A stretch of 64,000 nucleotides of DNA, from positions 5,284-69,283 of the forward strand of contig NW_021835146.1 of assembly GCF_006345805.1 (NCBI RefSeq), in the 5' to 3' direction. Made by a program: the position numbers and the translations under genes. Source of the DNA: Octopus sinensis. Lineage: Eukaryota. Shown here one piece after another: positions 26,558 through 39,318 of this stretch (within the stretch, counting starts at the first letter, position 1; the number at the start of each line of letters is the position of its first letter). The notes beneath the pieces were generated by a model. The model was not told where the DNA came from and made no database searches. It was given only the letters and a program-made list of their open reading frames with translations.

Positions 26558-26924
26558 TAATGCATTTTGGGAACGAGTGTAGCGTTCCTGACTAGTTTCC
26601 AGCAAGGTGCAACTATAGATATTTCATATCTTTTCTGATGGCCAGTGAGACAAGCAAAAGTGTGGCCATACGTGCGCGCACACACAAACACGTGCACACG
26701 CACTTGCGTTTTCGCGCGCGCGCAACCTTGCGCTTACACACAAACATTCGCCCAAAGCCAAACCGAAGACATGGAAGGACAACAAACACTTGTCGTACAA
26801 TGGAAACCTCAGTGCGCGAAGGTCACTTCTGCCGCGCGACCCCTCACCTACCCACAGCAACGTAACTTTCAACTTGGTTTTTAATCAAGTTCGTAATTTC
26901 AGAGTATTTAGCTGTTTATCATAT

Positions 26925-27925
26925 TTTATCTTTTACTTGTTTCCGCCAATAGACTGCGGCCATGCTGGGGTACCGATTTGAAGAATTTTAGTCCAACGAA
27001 TCGCTCTGCTGGTGCTTTGTCTATCGGAACCTTTCGTCGAACCACTAAGTTACAGTGACATAAACACACCAACACCGGTTGTCAGGCGGTGGTGGGGGAC
27101 AAACACACATACACACATAATATCTATATACCAATCTGTGTGTACGTATGTCATTGTTCAGTTTTATTTCAAGATTTCTTGCCAATAGAGAATGAGCTGG
27201 TTTCTAACCTAGATTCAAGGCTCCTTCAACATCAACAACAGGGTATTTTTGTATGTATGTATGTATGTATGTATATGCGCAGATTTGTATGTTTTATGTA
27301 TATATTCTCATACATATAGTTGCATATCTAGACATGCTCTTACATACTGAAATGCTAAACTTCTTGAAAGTTTTACAGATTTTTACAGTTCCAGTGATGG
27401 AGTGGATGTGTAGTTCTTATTAGCTTTCTCCTTTCTGATTTTGAGAAGCCTAATTTCTCAATATTGGTATTTAGGCAGTGTGTTACACATCTCAGGGCCC
27501 CAATAATTACAGTTATAAACCTGAATTTGTAATTTGGATAGAGTAACTACAGATTTCTCAAAAGTTCAGTGTAGGTGTTCTCTTTTTCACTGATTTTCAG
27601 CTTTATGTTAACACTCATTGGGCAACATGTATGTATGTATGTATGTATGTATGTATGTATGTATGTATGTATGTTGTATGTATGTGTGTGTATGTATGTA
27701 TGTATGTAGTATGTATGTGTGTGTATGTATGTATGTATGTATGTATGTATGTGTGTGTGTATGTATGTATGTATGTATGTATGTATGTGTGTGTGTATGT
27801 ATGTATACGATGGGCTTTGGTCAGCCTGAGACTATAGCAGAATACACTAGTCCAAAGTGCCACGCAATGGGACTGAACCCGCAAATATGTGGTTGGGAAG
27901 CAAACCACACAGCCACTCCTGCGCC
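26925..27925 (-). mobile_element. SINE A interrupted in its central microsatellite (halves 27925-27805 and 27118-26925)
   Basis: Head ggcgcaggagtggctgtgtgg at 27925; A-variant tail at 26925-27118. Confidence 0.8.
27150..27617 (-). pseudogene. RLE-4: fourth RLE retrotransposon family, C-terminus plus 3'UTR
   Basis: VNIKLKISEKENTYTELLRNL*LLYPNYKFRFITVIIGALRCVTHCLNTNIEKLGFSKSERRKLIR/LHIHSITGTVKICKTFKKFSI; 3' end aataaaactgaacaatgacatac; flanked by (CATA)n-type sequence. Confidence 0.72.
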
Positions 27926-29742
27926 TTCGCAATTATTTGCGGGAGCACTCTCTTATTGGTAACTGTTGGAAACATAACAGCAAAACTCGTTAAAAGTCGG
28001 ATAGTTAGGATGAGAGTCTGTGTAAATAGTTAGAATTAGGGCCAACTGTCTCATAGATTTTGTTACCCGTTTTAACATGAACACCTAGTTTTCCTCGGAT
28101 ACCTTTAGTGGAGTCTATTTTATTGGAGGTGTAAGGTTCAAATTTCCACTTTGATGCTAATGGCCTTCCTTCCACCAGTCTCAAGGACTCTGAAAATTTA
28201 TAAGATATTCGGCACAACCCTTCCCTCTCGCTCTGACGAAGTTGTGAAAAAAATTACAGTTAAACCTGCAGAATTGATAGTTATTAACGGTTGTAGGTAA
28301 ATGTTAATTATTCAGTTAGGAACCGATGATAATTTGGTTGATTAACTTTAGCTGAAATTGGAATTTAATCAACTAAGAATAATTGACTGCATTAGAAAGT
28401 GTAATTAATTAACTGGTTGATTTTTACTTTTAATTTATTATTAATTGATCATTTCAAAGAGTTTGGGACAGTGACCGTCTGCTTTTCGGATCATAGGAAT
28501 CTGAAATGGTGCGTTGATGGGGTTAACAAAGCTGCTGCATTTGAAACGTTGCAGGTCAGTAATGAAGAGGAAACATGGAAAAGAAGAGGGGTTCAGACCA
28601 ATGCAATCACAAGAACTCAATGTTTAATTAGCGATTACAAGGGGAGAAAAAAAAAGTGAACACAACCAAGGTGCTTTTAATTTCTTTATAGGCCCCGGCT
28701 GGGCAAAACAATCTCTAGGACCCTTAGTATTTAGTTGCTGACAGCGGTTCTCGGCATACGTAGATTAATATTAGGGCCCTAGATTCTTGCTCCCACCCCA
28801 ATAAACTTTCTGGACAGCTACGCATGCCTTAAGAATGTACTGAGTCCATCGAGTGGGTTTCTAAGTTTGTCATCGGGAATTGTGAAATTCAGAGAATGAG
28901 CAAACGAATAAGAATACAGTTGAACGTTGGGGAATAATGTTTATGAGTTTAAATATATTTATCAAAGTGGGGTGACATTTGAAGGGTGGGGAGAAGATCT
29001 GCAGTATATATATCTGTGCATATCAGTAAGGTTGTTGGAAATTAGAAGAAATATAGTGTAGGGTTAATTGTAGCAGAAACAGTTGAAGAAATGTCCTGGC
29101 AAGAGATTAAGTACTATATGAAATACTTTCCGGCAGGTCATTGCTTAGTTTCATTGTCCGGTTAATGGGAACTAACTCGGGCTAATTGGACTGAGACGTG
29201 ATGAATTAGAGACTGAAAATTATTTGCGAGGAAGGAATTAATTAAATTTTAATTTGATTTAATTTAATAATCGATTAATTGTTCCTAATAAGAAATAATA
29301 AATTCACGACATTTCTGAAGAAGAAAAGTAAAGAAAAAATGAGAAGAAAAGCGGAAGATTTCAGGATAAGTTTATTTATTATTGACGTTGGATATTATAA
29401 TAATGCGCTGGAAGGCCGTGAGATGGCAGAATCGTTAGCGCGCCGGACAAAACGCTTGGTGGCATTTCTTCCGATTGCTTATTTCTTTCTTGTACAGTTT
29501 TCAAAGAGTATATCACATCAATTGTCTCTCTCTCTGCCACTTAGAGTTTCAGGGTAAGCATTTTATACAAAACTAATAACCAATCTATTTAGGATATAAT
29601 GACGTTGGATTATATATAAAGGTGCAAAAGTACACATATATTTATATATAAAAATCACGCATACACACATGTTGACGCACAAACACACACACACACAAAT
29701 AAATAAACATATAAATATATATTGTGTCAGCGTTCACGCCGA

Positions 29743-29792
29743 ATATCTGATGATGTGAATACGTTCTACGCCCACAAAACTTTGAGTAATGT
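29743..29792 (+). ncRNA. Hammerhead-like relic
   Basis: atat CTGATGA t GTG..CAC AAAAC tttga GTA atgt; G12 reads A (consistent with CpG decay). Confidence 0.5.
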
Positions 29793-30114
29793 GAAGTGTC
29801 TTATTAAATACATGTAACTTCAAACAGATGAGCTGACTGCTACATTCTTTTGTCTGATCACTCACGCATATACATGTATATATATATATACATATATATA
29901 TATATTTATATATATATACATACATATATATTATATATCATTGAATAAGATGAAGTCAACAAGAAAGTGAGCCGTTGGACATTTTTTGGGACAATTGTAG
30001 TGATTACAAATAAACGTCCAAATAAATACGTATATATGTATTATTATTATATATATATATATATATTATATATATATATTATATGTAATATATAATATAT
30101 ATATATATATAATA

Positions 30115-30167
<53 letters not shown>

Positions 30168-30460
30168 TATATGTATGTATGTATGTATATATGTAATATT
30201 CATATGCATACATTACATCTGCTGGTTTTCTGATTGTGAAATGGATAGTACCTCCGGATTACTTTCATGGCTAGCCTCAGTTACTGATTTTGTTCAACTC
30301 CAAGTCCATCCTAGCCAAGTACGACGACAACCGAACATATTCCTTCACTGTTACATATATTTGCTCGTCTAGGACCAAATAGTCCAACATAAGGGAGTAT
30401 CCTAAGAGGAAAGTGCCTGCTGTTCCTAACAGAACGAGCGATTATATGTAGGCAGCCATA

Positions 30461-30689
30461 AGACGGTGAGCTGGCAGAAACGTTAGCGCACCGGGTGAAA
30501 TGCTTATCGGTATTTCGTCTGTCGTTACGTTCTGAGTTCAAATTCCGCCGAGGTCGACTTTGCCTTTCATCCTCTCGGGGTCGATAAACAAAGTACCAGT
30601 TTCACACTGGGGTCGATGAAATCGACTTAATCCGTTTGTCTGTCCTTGTTTCTCCCCTCTATGTTTAGTTCCTTGTGGGTAATAAAGAA

Positions 30690-30726
<37 letters not shown>

Positions 30727-30727
30727 G

Positions 30728-30758
<31 letters not shown>

Positions 30759-30764
30759 TGTGTG
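30461..30764 (+). mobile_element. SINE B1 with (TA)/(TG) tail inside a 14-bp TSD
   Basis: TSD tgtaggcagccata at 30447-30460 and 30765-30778. Confidence 0.92.
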
Positions 30765-31364
30765 TGTAGGCAGCCATATTAACCCTTTGGAGGGATATCA
30801 AGCTGTAGATGTCATCTGGAAAAGGGTTGGAAAGATGGTTTTCAGTTTCCATGTGTGGTGCAGCATTATATCTGACATAGGATGTCGAAGGTTGCTATAA
30901 TATATTATGGTGAGGGCTCTGCAGAGACAGTCTATAATTAAATTTTATTCGTCTATTATATACTTTACTTCGTTTTATTTTTATTTTAATTTATTAATTT
31001 TTCATTTATTACTTTGTACGTTGTTAGTGCTGATTTCGAATCCTCCCCTGGGCAAAACGATCAAGCCAGTAAGTAAGAATAATTTCAGCGACAAAAAAAA
31101 ACAACAACAATAATAACAACATAAACCGAATAAAAAAATTATTAAAAAAAAAAGATGAATAATACAATGGTGCAATGAAATAAATGGAGAAAAAAAATTA
31201 GAAAAGTATATAGCAACCTATGACAACAATATTAATGAATCCGACGTCGTCAGCAGAGTTGGCGATGACGATGATGAAAAACCAACAACACAAACCATAA
31301 AAAAAAAACCCGTTGCAATAACCATTTAAAAGTTATGAAAATTGCCTTTTATAACGAAATATAT

Positions 31365-31423
<59 letters not shown>

Positions 31424-31586
31424 AAGTGTATATTTTTACGCAGCAAAAGTGACTCATGACGGCTATATAATTAAGAGAGCCCATTACCAGGGAAAAGTAC
31501 AAGGGTTTCAATAGTGTCAGGTATACAATAACATATACATATCATCCCTATATATATATATATATATTATATATATATATATATAT

Positions 31587-31658
<72 letters not shown>

Positions 31659-31789
31659 CTATGGTATATATATAATATGCACACATATATACATGTACGT
31701 AGGTAGATATGTATACGGTATATATATATGTATATGAATGTACACATATGGATATGTGTATATATATATATATATGTGGTGTGTGTGTG

Positions 31790-31821
<32 letters not shown>

Positions 31822-32451
31822 CAACAATAATTAAAATGAGGGCAAAGCAAGATATAAAACAGCGGTTCCTCAAATTTGAGATCAAAGCGGTAGATTTTGT
31901 TTATATCTCTCACTCACTCTCTCTTTTTCCTTCTTTCTCTTCCTTTCTTCTCTCCCCCCACCCCCCACCCTTTCTCAACCCATGTGTATCTCACACTTTA
32001 TTATTTATTAACAATGAATTAACTCGAAATACCAAAATTTGTAAATAAATATATATAGACAAATAGATACATACGCAAATGAACAAACCAACTTTATGAA
32101 AAGTAAAAATAAAATAAAATACACAAAAAAAATATAGACAACAAACGAAAACACTTGCAAAAAAAAACAATAAAATAAAAAGTAAGAAAGACACACGAAC
32201 TACATTTTCGTTAATATAAATACGTAAATAAAATTAGAAATAAATCTTGTTCTCTTTCTCGCCCGCCATACCCGCCATGCCCGTCCCTGCCATCAGAGAA
32301 TCAAAAAAAAAATAAACGTATGGTATTAACCATAACCATTTATCTGGTTTTTGAATGTTCCCAGTAATGTGAGCATTATAAATGTTTTGCGAAAATCAAA
32401 GTCGCTTCAAAAAATAGAAAAAAAAAGAAACGGTCGTATGTTATTTTGGTG

Positions 32452-32468
32452 CCATTATTATTATTACA

Positions 32469-32506
<38 letters not shown>

Positions 32507-32526
32507 AATTATTATTATTATCATCA

Positions 32527-32593
<67 letters not shown>

Positions 32594-32865
32594 TAGTATT
32601 ATTATTATTTTTATTATTATTATTATTTTTATTATTATTATTATTGTCATCATCATTATTATTGTTGTTGTTGTTGTTGTTGTTAATATTATTACAATTA
32701 TTATTATTACAATTATTATTGTTGTTGTTGTTGTTGACGATGTTAATATTATTGTTACAATTATTATTATTGTTGTTGGTGTTGTTGCTGTTGTTTTTGT
32801 TGTTGATATGATCATTTTCGGTGTTATTTTTGTTGTTGTTGTTGTTGTGATTGTTATTGTTATTA
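32452..32865. repeat. (ATT)/(GTT) compound microsatellite
   Basis: Direct inspection. Confidence 0.92.
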
Positions 32866-33219
32866 CTTACGAACATTTTGGGGTTTTTTTTTGTATTTCT
32901 GTTTTTCATACTCACATGTTTTTGTTGTTATATGATTTCTTTCATTATTCTCTGTGTGTTTTTGCAATGTAGAGTGGTTTGTATGTACGTGACTATACAC
33001 ACACACATGCACACACACACACATATTTATATATATATATATATAAACATATACATATATACTCATACGCACAAATATATGTACACACACACATACATGA
33101 CAGCACACACACATATATATGTATGTATATATACATAGTAATATATATATAATTATATAATACATATAGCACATATAGATATACATATATTATATATAAT
33201 ATATACATATACATATATG

Positions 33220-33273
<54 letters not shown>

Positions 33274-34035
33274 ATATATACGAATACACATATATATGTA
33301 TGTATCTATCCATGTATGTGTGTGTGTAATATGTACGTATGTATGTATGTATGTATGTATGTATGTATGTATGTATGTATGTATGTATGTATGTATGTAT
33401 GCACGTATGTATGTATGACTGTGTATATCACCAACACTATCGCTATGATCTAGTGCACTTTATTTTTGACAATATTTAAGCCACGTCCTTCATTTTTTTT
33501 TGTCAAGAATACAAATTGAAGGAATTTGTTTAGGACTGAAAAAAAGCAACACACACAAACATACACAAATGTACGTATGGCTCACATATACATCGTCACG
33601 TATGGATGTAGGTATATGAACATAAACGGAGATGTAGATGGTTAAACCGACAACTAAAGTGATGTGTTAACAGCAAACACATTACCGTAAATATCAAACT
33701 AAAGACATCCATCTTTCCATTGAACCCTCTCCAACTCTAGCGCCGTACCCCAACCTTACAAATGGATAACAGCAGCAATAATGGTAAATATATTCCCTCT
33801 AAATTGTACAAAATACGGCTCTTCCAAACATATATGCATACATATATTCATGTGTTCTATACTTACATACATACATACAGACATACATACATACATACAT
33901 ACATACCTACATACATAATACATACATACATACATACATACTAAATCATATCCAGAGATGTATGCGTGTGTTTGTGTAATATATAATTATATATAATATT
34001 ACACATAAATATATATATTATATACATATATATAT

Positions 34036-34078
<43 letters not shown>

Positions 34079-34626
34079 CGTAATGGATCGATATCATATA
34101 TGCAAATATACATACATAAGTGTATATAACATATATATGTATATATATATAATTTAATATATAGATATTATATATATATATATTATATATATATGTACGT
34201 ATACACATGCATGCGTGCATACATACACACATACACATAATCTGTATATACAATTACCTCTTTCTCTCAGTATATATGATTATGTGTATCGGTATGTATA
34301 TGTGTTTGTATATCTTTAGAAAAATTGCGTTGTTATTAAATATTTATGTTTATGCGTATGTATTTATGTATGTGTACGTGTGTGTGGTGTGTATGTGTGT
34401 ATATGTGGTTCCCAACATAATAATATACACGGCATTAATGCAACAACGCCCTAATTGTTGTATAATTCCAAAACACATCGTTTTAGTGCAAAATGTTTGC
34501 ATCAAATATATCAACATATCCACAATAAAAATAAAACTGAAAAAAGACTATGTGTGGATATCGTATAATTATGCTGTCACAAAGAAAAAATCATTGCTGT
34601 AACCATATAAATATAATAGAGACCTA

Positions 34627-35185
34627 TTGGCATAATGGTTAGAGTGTTACGCTGACAATTTAGAGATCGTGGGTTCGATTTCCTGTTCAAGCGGTGCGTT
34701 GTATTCTTGATCGAAACACTTCGTTTCACGTTGCTCCAGTCCGTTCAACTGTAAATAGTTGGATGGAAGCACTCCGTCGGTTACGACGACGAGGGTTCCG
34801 GTTGATCCGATCAACGGAACAGCCTGCTCGTGAAATTAACGTGTAAGTGGCTGAGCACTCCACAGACACGTGTACCCTTAACGTAGTTCTCGAGGATATT
34901 CAGCGTGACACAGAGAGTGACAAGGCCGGCCCTTTGAAATACAGGTACAACAGAAACAGGAAGTAAGAGTGAGAGAAAGTTGTGGTGAAAGAGTACAGCA
35001 GAGATCACCACCTTTCCTGCCGGAGCCTCGTGGAGCTTTAGGTGTTTTCGCTCAATAAACACTCACAACGCCCGGTCTGGGAATCGAAACTGCGATCCTA
35101 CGACCGCGAGTCCGCTGCCTTAACCACAGGGCCATTGCGCCTCCTGTAAATAGTTAACCCTGCGATGGAATTGAAGGTAATATGT
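34627..35185 (+). mobile_element. SINE E split by a SINE D insertion (34627-34760 and 35156-35185)
   Basis: Head ggcataatggttagag..gggttcgatttcc; core continues after the insertion as aaccctgcgatgga. Confidence 0.75.
34761..35144 (-). mobile_element. SINE family D, full length
   Basis: Head ggaggcgcaatggccctgtggttaagg..gtttcgattccc; TSD tgtaaatagtt at 34750-34760 and 35145-35155. Confidence 0.9.
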
Positions 35186-35288
35186 TGGCTTGCTTACGTC
35201 ACCAGCCGGGTGACATCATCATTCGATGCAAAGTGCATTGTGACTAGCGACGTATAACAACACCCGATGTACTGGTCGCTCACGTGAT
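35185..35288 (-). repeat. Interspersed repeat fragment G (also at 53681-53788, + strand)
   Basis: cacgtga.cgac..g..catc.g.tgttg.ta.ac.tcgct.gtcacaatgc.ctt.gcat is shared by both copies. Confidence 0.7.
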
Positions 35289-35634
35289 CTCAGGAATAGA
35301 GACATATATTTCGTGTGGGTTCAGTTTCAGTGCGTCTTAAGACATCTAGGGTAAGTTCGAGAGGGTAATAGACTAGCAGAGTAAACAGTAAATAAATTGC
35401 CACAAGACGAGAAACCAATTCCTAAGAAAATTACACCCTGATTCTTTAGACTTTCGCATGAAAGTCTTTGATTACCGGCGTCTGTAGATGTGGCAGACGA
35501 AGAGAGAGAAGCAACATTTATGGGTCCCGTTAATAAGAATTATCAGAGAAAGCCTGAAACACAGATTAAATTATATTTGCGTCTCCTAACAGTGCATAGG
35601 AAATACATTTACCGAAGTGGTATTCTGCACTTTA

Positions 35635-35870
35635 GGCGGCGAGCTCGCAGAAACGTTAGCACGCCGGGCGAAATGCTTAGCAGTATTCCGTCTGTCGCTA
35701 CGTTCTGAGTTCAAATTCCGCCGAGGTCGACTTTGCCTTTCATCCTTTCGGGGTCGATTAAATAAGTACCAGTTACCCACTTGGGTCGATATAATCGACT
35801 TAATCCGTTTGTCTGTCCTTGTTTGTCCTCTCTGTGTTTAGCCCCTTGTGGGTAGTAAAGGAATAGGTAT
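35635..35870 (+). mobile_element. SINE B1, full length, 16-bp TSD overlapping its 3' end
   Basis: ggtattctgcacttta at 35619-35634 and 35866-35881. Confidence 0.94.
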
Positions 35871-36189
35871 TCTGCACTTTAAGATGAAACTCAGACCTTC
35901 TGAATCTGTGTTGGGTTTAACATGTAAATAAGGAGAATTTGCAGAGACGTGACCCAAAATAAATCTCGGTGTGGCGACCCCTTCTTAAGTGCAACAGGCT
36001 GCAATTTCCTAAGAGAATTGTACTAATTAGCCGCCACCAACGGACACAGGATGCATCAATAATTAAGGATTTGACAATTCACAATCCAGTTTATTGTAGA
36101 GACTCAGTCACGTCTTACTGCTTGGCTGGCGATTCTTAGGAGACATCTCGGTCAACTGTTGAGGTTATTACAACCATGACGGCGGCGGT

Positions 36190-36192
36190 GAC

Positions 36193-36233
<41 letters not shown>

Positions 36234-36260
36234 CGATGATGATGATGATGGTGACGACGA

Positions 36261-36294
<34 letters not shown>

Positions 36295-36556
36295 GATGAT
36301 GATGATGATGATGATGATGATGACGATGATGGTGGTGATGATGATGATGATAGCAATGGTGGTTGTTGTGGTGGTGGCTGTCGTGATAGTGACGATGATG
36401 ATGATGTTGATGACGACGACGACGGTAATGGTGGCGATGGTGGTGGTTGTGTGGTGGTTGCGATGATGATAACGATGGTGACGACGACGACGACGATGAT
36501 AACAATGAGGATGATGATGACGATGAGGATGGTGGCGGCGGCGGTGGTGGTGGTGG

Positions 36557-36587
<31 letters not shown>

Positions 36588-36594
36588 AACAATG

Positions 36595-36627
<33 letters not shown>

Positions 36628-36684
36628 GTGATGATGACGATAATGATGATGATGATGATGATGACGACGACGACGATGATAACA

Positions 36685-36755
<71 letters not shown>

Positions 36756-37100
36756 GATGATGATGATGATAGTGTTGATTGTGACGACGACGACGACGAG
36801 AAAGAGATGGATTGTGGCGACAACAACGACGAGGATGACTATACTGGTGGTGGTGGTGGTGGTGGTGTTGATGGTGGTGGTGGTGGTGGTGGTGGTGTTG
36901 ATGGTGGTGGTGGTGGTGGTGATGTTGATGGTGGTGGTGGTAGTGGTGGTGGTGGTGGTGGTGGTGGTGGTGGTGGTGGTGGTGGTGGTGGTGGGTGGTG
37001 GTGGTGGTGGTGGTGGTGGTGGTGGTGGTGTTGATGGTGGTGGTGTTGATGGTGGTGGTGTTGGTGGTGGTGGTGGTGGTGGTGGTGGTGGTGGTGGTGG
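36190..37100. repeat. About 900-bp (GAT)n/(GGT)n compound microsatellite
   Basis: Direct inspection. Confidence 0.95.
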
Positions 37101-37384
37101 TGTGGCCATGGCGATAGATGAGACTAAACCTGAGTATTCTGTAAAAAAAAACCCAGAATCCCTTCTCGCAGCTGGTGTAAGTAAATCACAGACGGCAGCA
37201 GCTGTAATTACAGTTTTAGAATAATAACAGGGACCAGGAGTCCTTCTCATTGCTTCATTAATCCTAGCTTAATTAACGCAGCATGATTAAGCAATTAGTT
37301 AAATATTTTATGTCGTTAACTTAATGTTTCTTATTAACTGCATCATTATGTTTAGCTTGACAGATTTATGGTCGGTGAAGCGAA

Positions 37385-38030
37385 CATGGCACCGTGGTTA
37401 GGAGTCTTGGTCTTGGAACCAACTGGTTTCGGATTCGATCCCGCTCTGCGGCGTTTTGGGTCTGTGTCTTCTATAATCCTGGGCTGACCAATGCTTTGTG
37501 AGTAAATCTGGTAGATGGAAACTGTGTGGAATCCCATCATATGCATGTGTGTTTATGTATGTGTGTATTTGTGTGTGAGTTCAAATTCCGCCGAGGCCGA
37601 CTTTGCTTTTCATCCTTTCGGGGTCGATAAATTAAGTACCAGTTACGCACTGGGGTCGATGTAATCGACTTAATCCCTTCCCCCAAATTTCAGGCCTTGT
37701 GCCTATAATAGAAAGGATTTGTGTGTGTGTGTATCTGTGTCTATGTATGTGTGTTTGTGCGTGTGTATGTGTGTGTGTATCTGTGCGCATGTAACTGTGT
37801 GCATGTGTATGTATCTGTCCGTGTGTATCTGTATGTGTGCGTGTGTGTCTGTGTCTGTGTGTGAATGTATGTGTATCTGTATGTGTGTGTGTGTGTTTGT
37901 TTTCGACCCCCACCACCGTTTGACAACCGGTGTTTGTGTGTTTATGTCCCTGTAACTTAGCGATCAGCAAAATAATAAATATTAGCATGGCTGCAGTCAA
38001 ATGACTGAAACAAGTAATGGAATAAAAGAT
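37385..38030 (+). mobile_element. Old SINE A interrupted by a 5'-truncated B2
   Basis: Head 37385-37540, tail 37900-38030; B2 at 37576-37716 with TSD atttgtgtgtg (37567-37577, 37717-37727). Confidence 0.8.
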
Positions 38031-38140
38031 ATCGAGGTCAAGTCCTTCATTGGTCAAGCTTCTTGACCAGAAAATATTTTGGCCTCGCCACTTTGCAAAC
38101 TACTATGATTCTTAAACTTACATTGGGCCGCTGTTCTTCA

Positions 38141-38640
38141 GTTGTGTTGTAAGAAGGTTTCTTCCCAACCACATGATTCCGGGTTCAATCCCACTGCGTG
38201 GCACCTTGGGCAAGTGTCTTCCGCTAAAGCCTAGGGCCGACCAAAGCCTTGTGAGTAGAATCGGTAGGTGCAGGCGTGGCTGTGTGGTAAGAAACTTGCT
38301 TCCCAGCCACGTGGTTTCCGATGCAGTCCCACTACGGGGCACCTTAGGCAAGTCTCTTCTACTATAGTCTTGGGCTGACCAAAACCTCGTGAGTGGATAT
38401 GGCAGACGGAAATTGAAAGAAGCCCGTCGTGCATGTTTGTGTGTGTGTGTGTGTGTGTTTGTCCCCTCACCATCGCTTAACAACTGATGCCGGTGTGTCT
38501 ACGTCTCTGTCACATTAGCGGTTCAGCAAAAAAGACCAATAAAATTAGTAGTAGGTTTACAAAGAATTAGTCCTGGGGTCGACTCGTTCAACTAAAGGCT
38601 CCAGTATGGCCGCCTTCAAATGACAGAAACAAGTCAAAGA
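38141..38640 (+). mobile_element. SINE A with an extra upstream head (38141-38266) plus a full copy (38267-38640)
   Basis: Two successive gtaaga..ttcccaaccac..ccactgcgtggcaccttgggcaag blocks. Confidence 0.87.
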
Positions 38641-38754
38641 ACAAAAAATTAAAAAAACATACTGCATTAATGCAAATAGATCACATGACTCTTGGACAAA
38701 GCATTACTCACCAACACAATGATTCCGATGTAAAAATTACCATTCTCAGAGGCG

Positions 38755-38790
<36 letters not shown>

Positions 38791-39209
38791 CAGACAGACA
38801 CAGAGAGAGAGAAGCAGACAGAGAGAGAGACAGACAGAGAGAGAGAGAGAGAGAGAAAGGCGGGGAAAGGTGAAAGAGAGGACGGTTTAACAATGGTCCT
38901 AAAAAGCTACCAATGCTAGGGTTGCAGTTTATATTCAAGAATTCACCAACCCTAAAGAAGATCTTCCAATTCCCGGAGGCTGCGAAGATTTAGAAAAAGA
39001 AACAGACGGACATATGTACTTTCTCAGTTCAATTTCTTTGCGGCTTTTACTTTTTTTTTTAGTATATTTTTGGGTTTTGTTTCGTTCTTACTCAACCGTG
39101 TCGGACCGACTTCATACGGAGGTTTAAATCCATTAATTAATTAAACAAATAAATAAGAAAGAAACTAAAGCCCAACCGCTTTCTTCTCGTTGTTCTTCTT
39201 TTCTACCAC

Positions 39210-39285
39210 TACGATCACCACCGCCATCATCATCATCATCATCACCACCACCACCACCACCACTATCGTTGGCGTCGTCATCATC

Positions 39286-39318
<33 letters not shown>

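Noticed and set aside
30200-30900. Possible decayed retroelement coding sequence split by the B1 insertion
   Set aside because: Only vague motif resemblance in several frames; no family can be supported
36168-37250. 360-aa ORF and overlapping poly-D/G/H/M ORFs
   Set aside because: Open in several frames on both strands because (GAT)n/(GGT)n lacks stops; no domain or splice context
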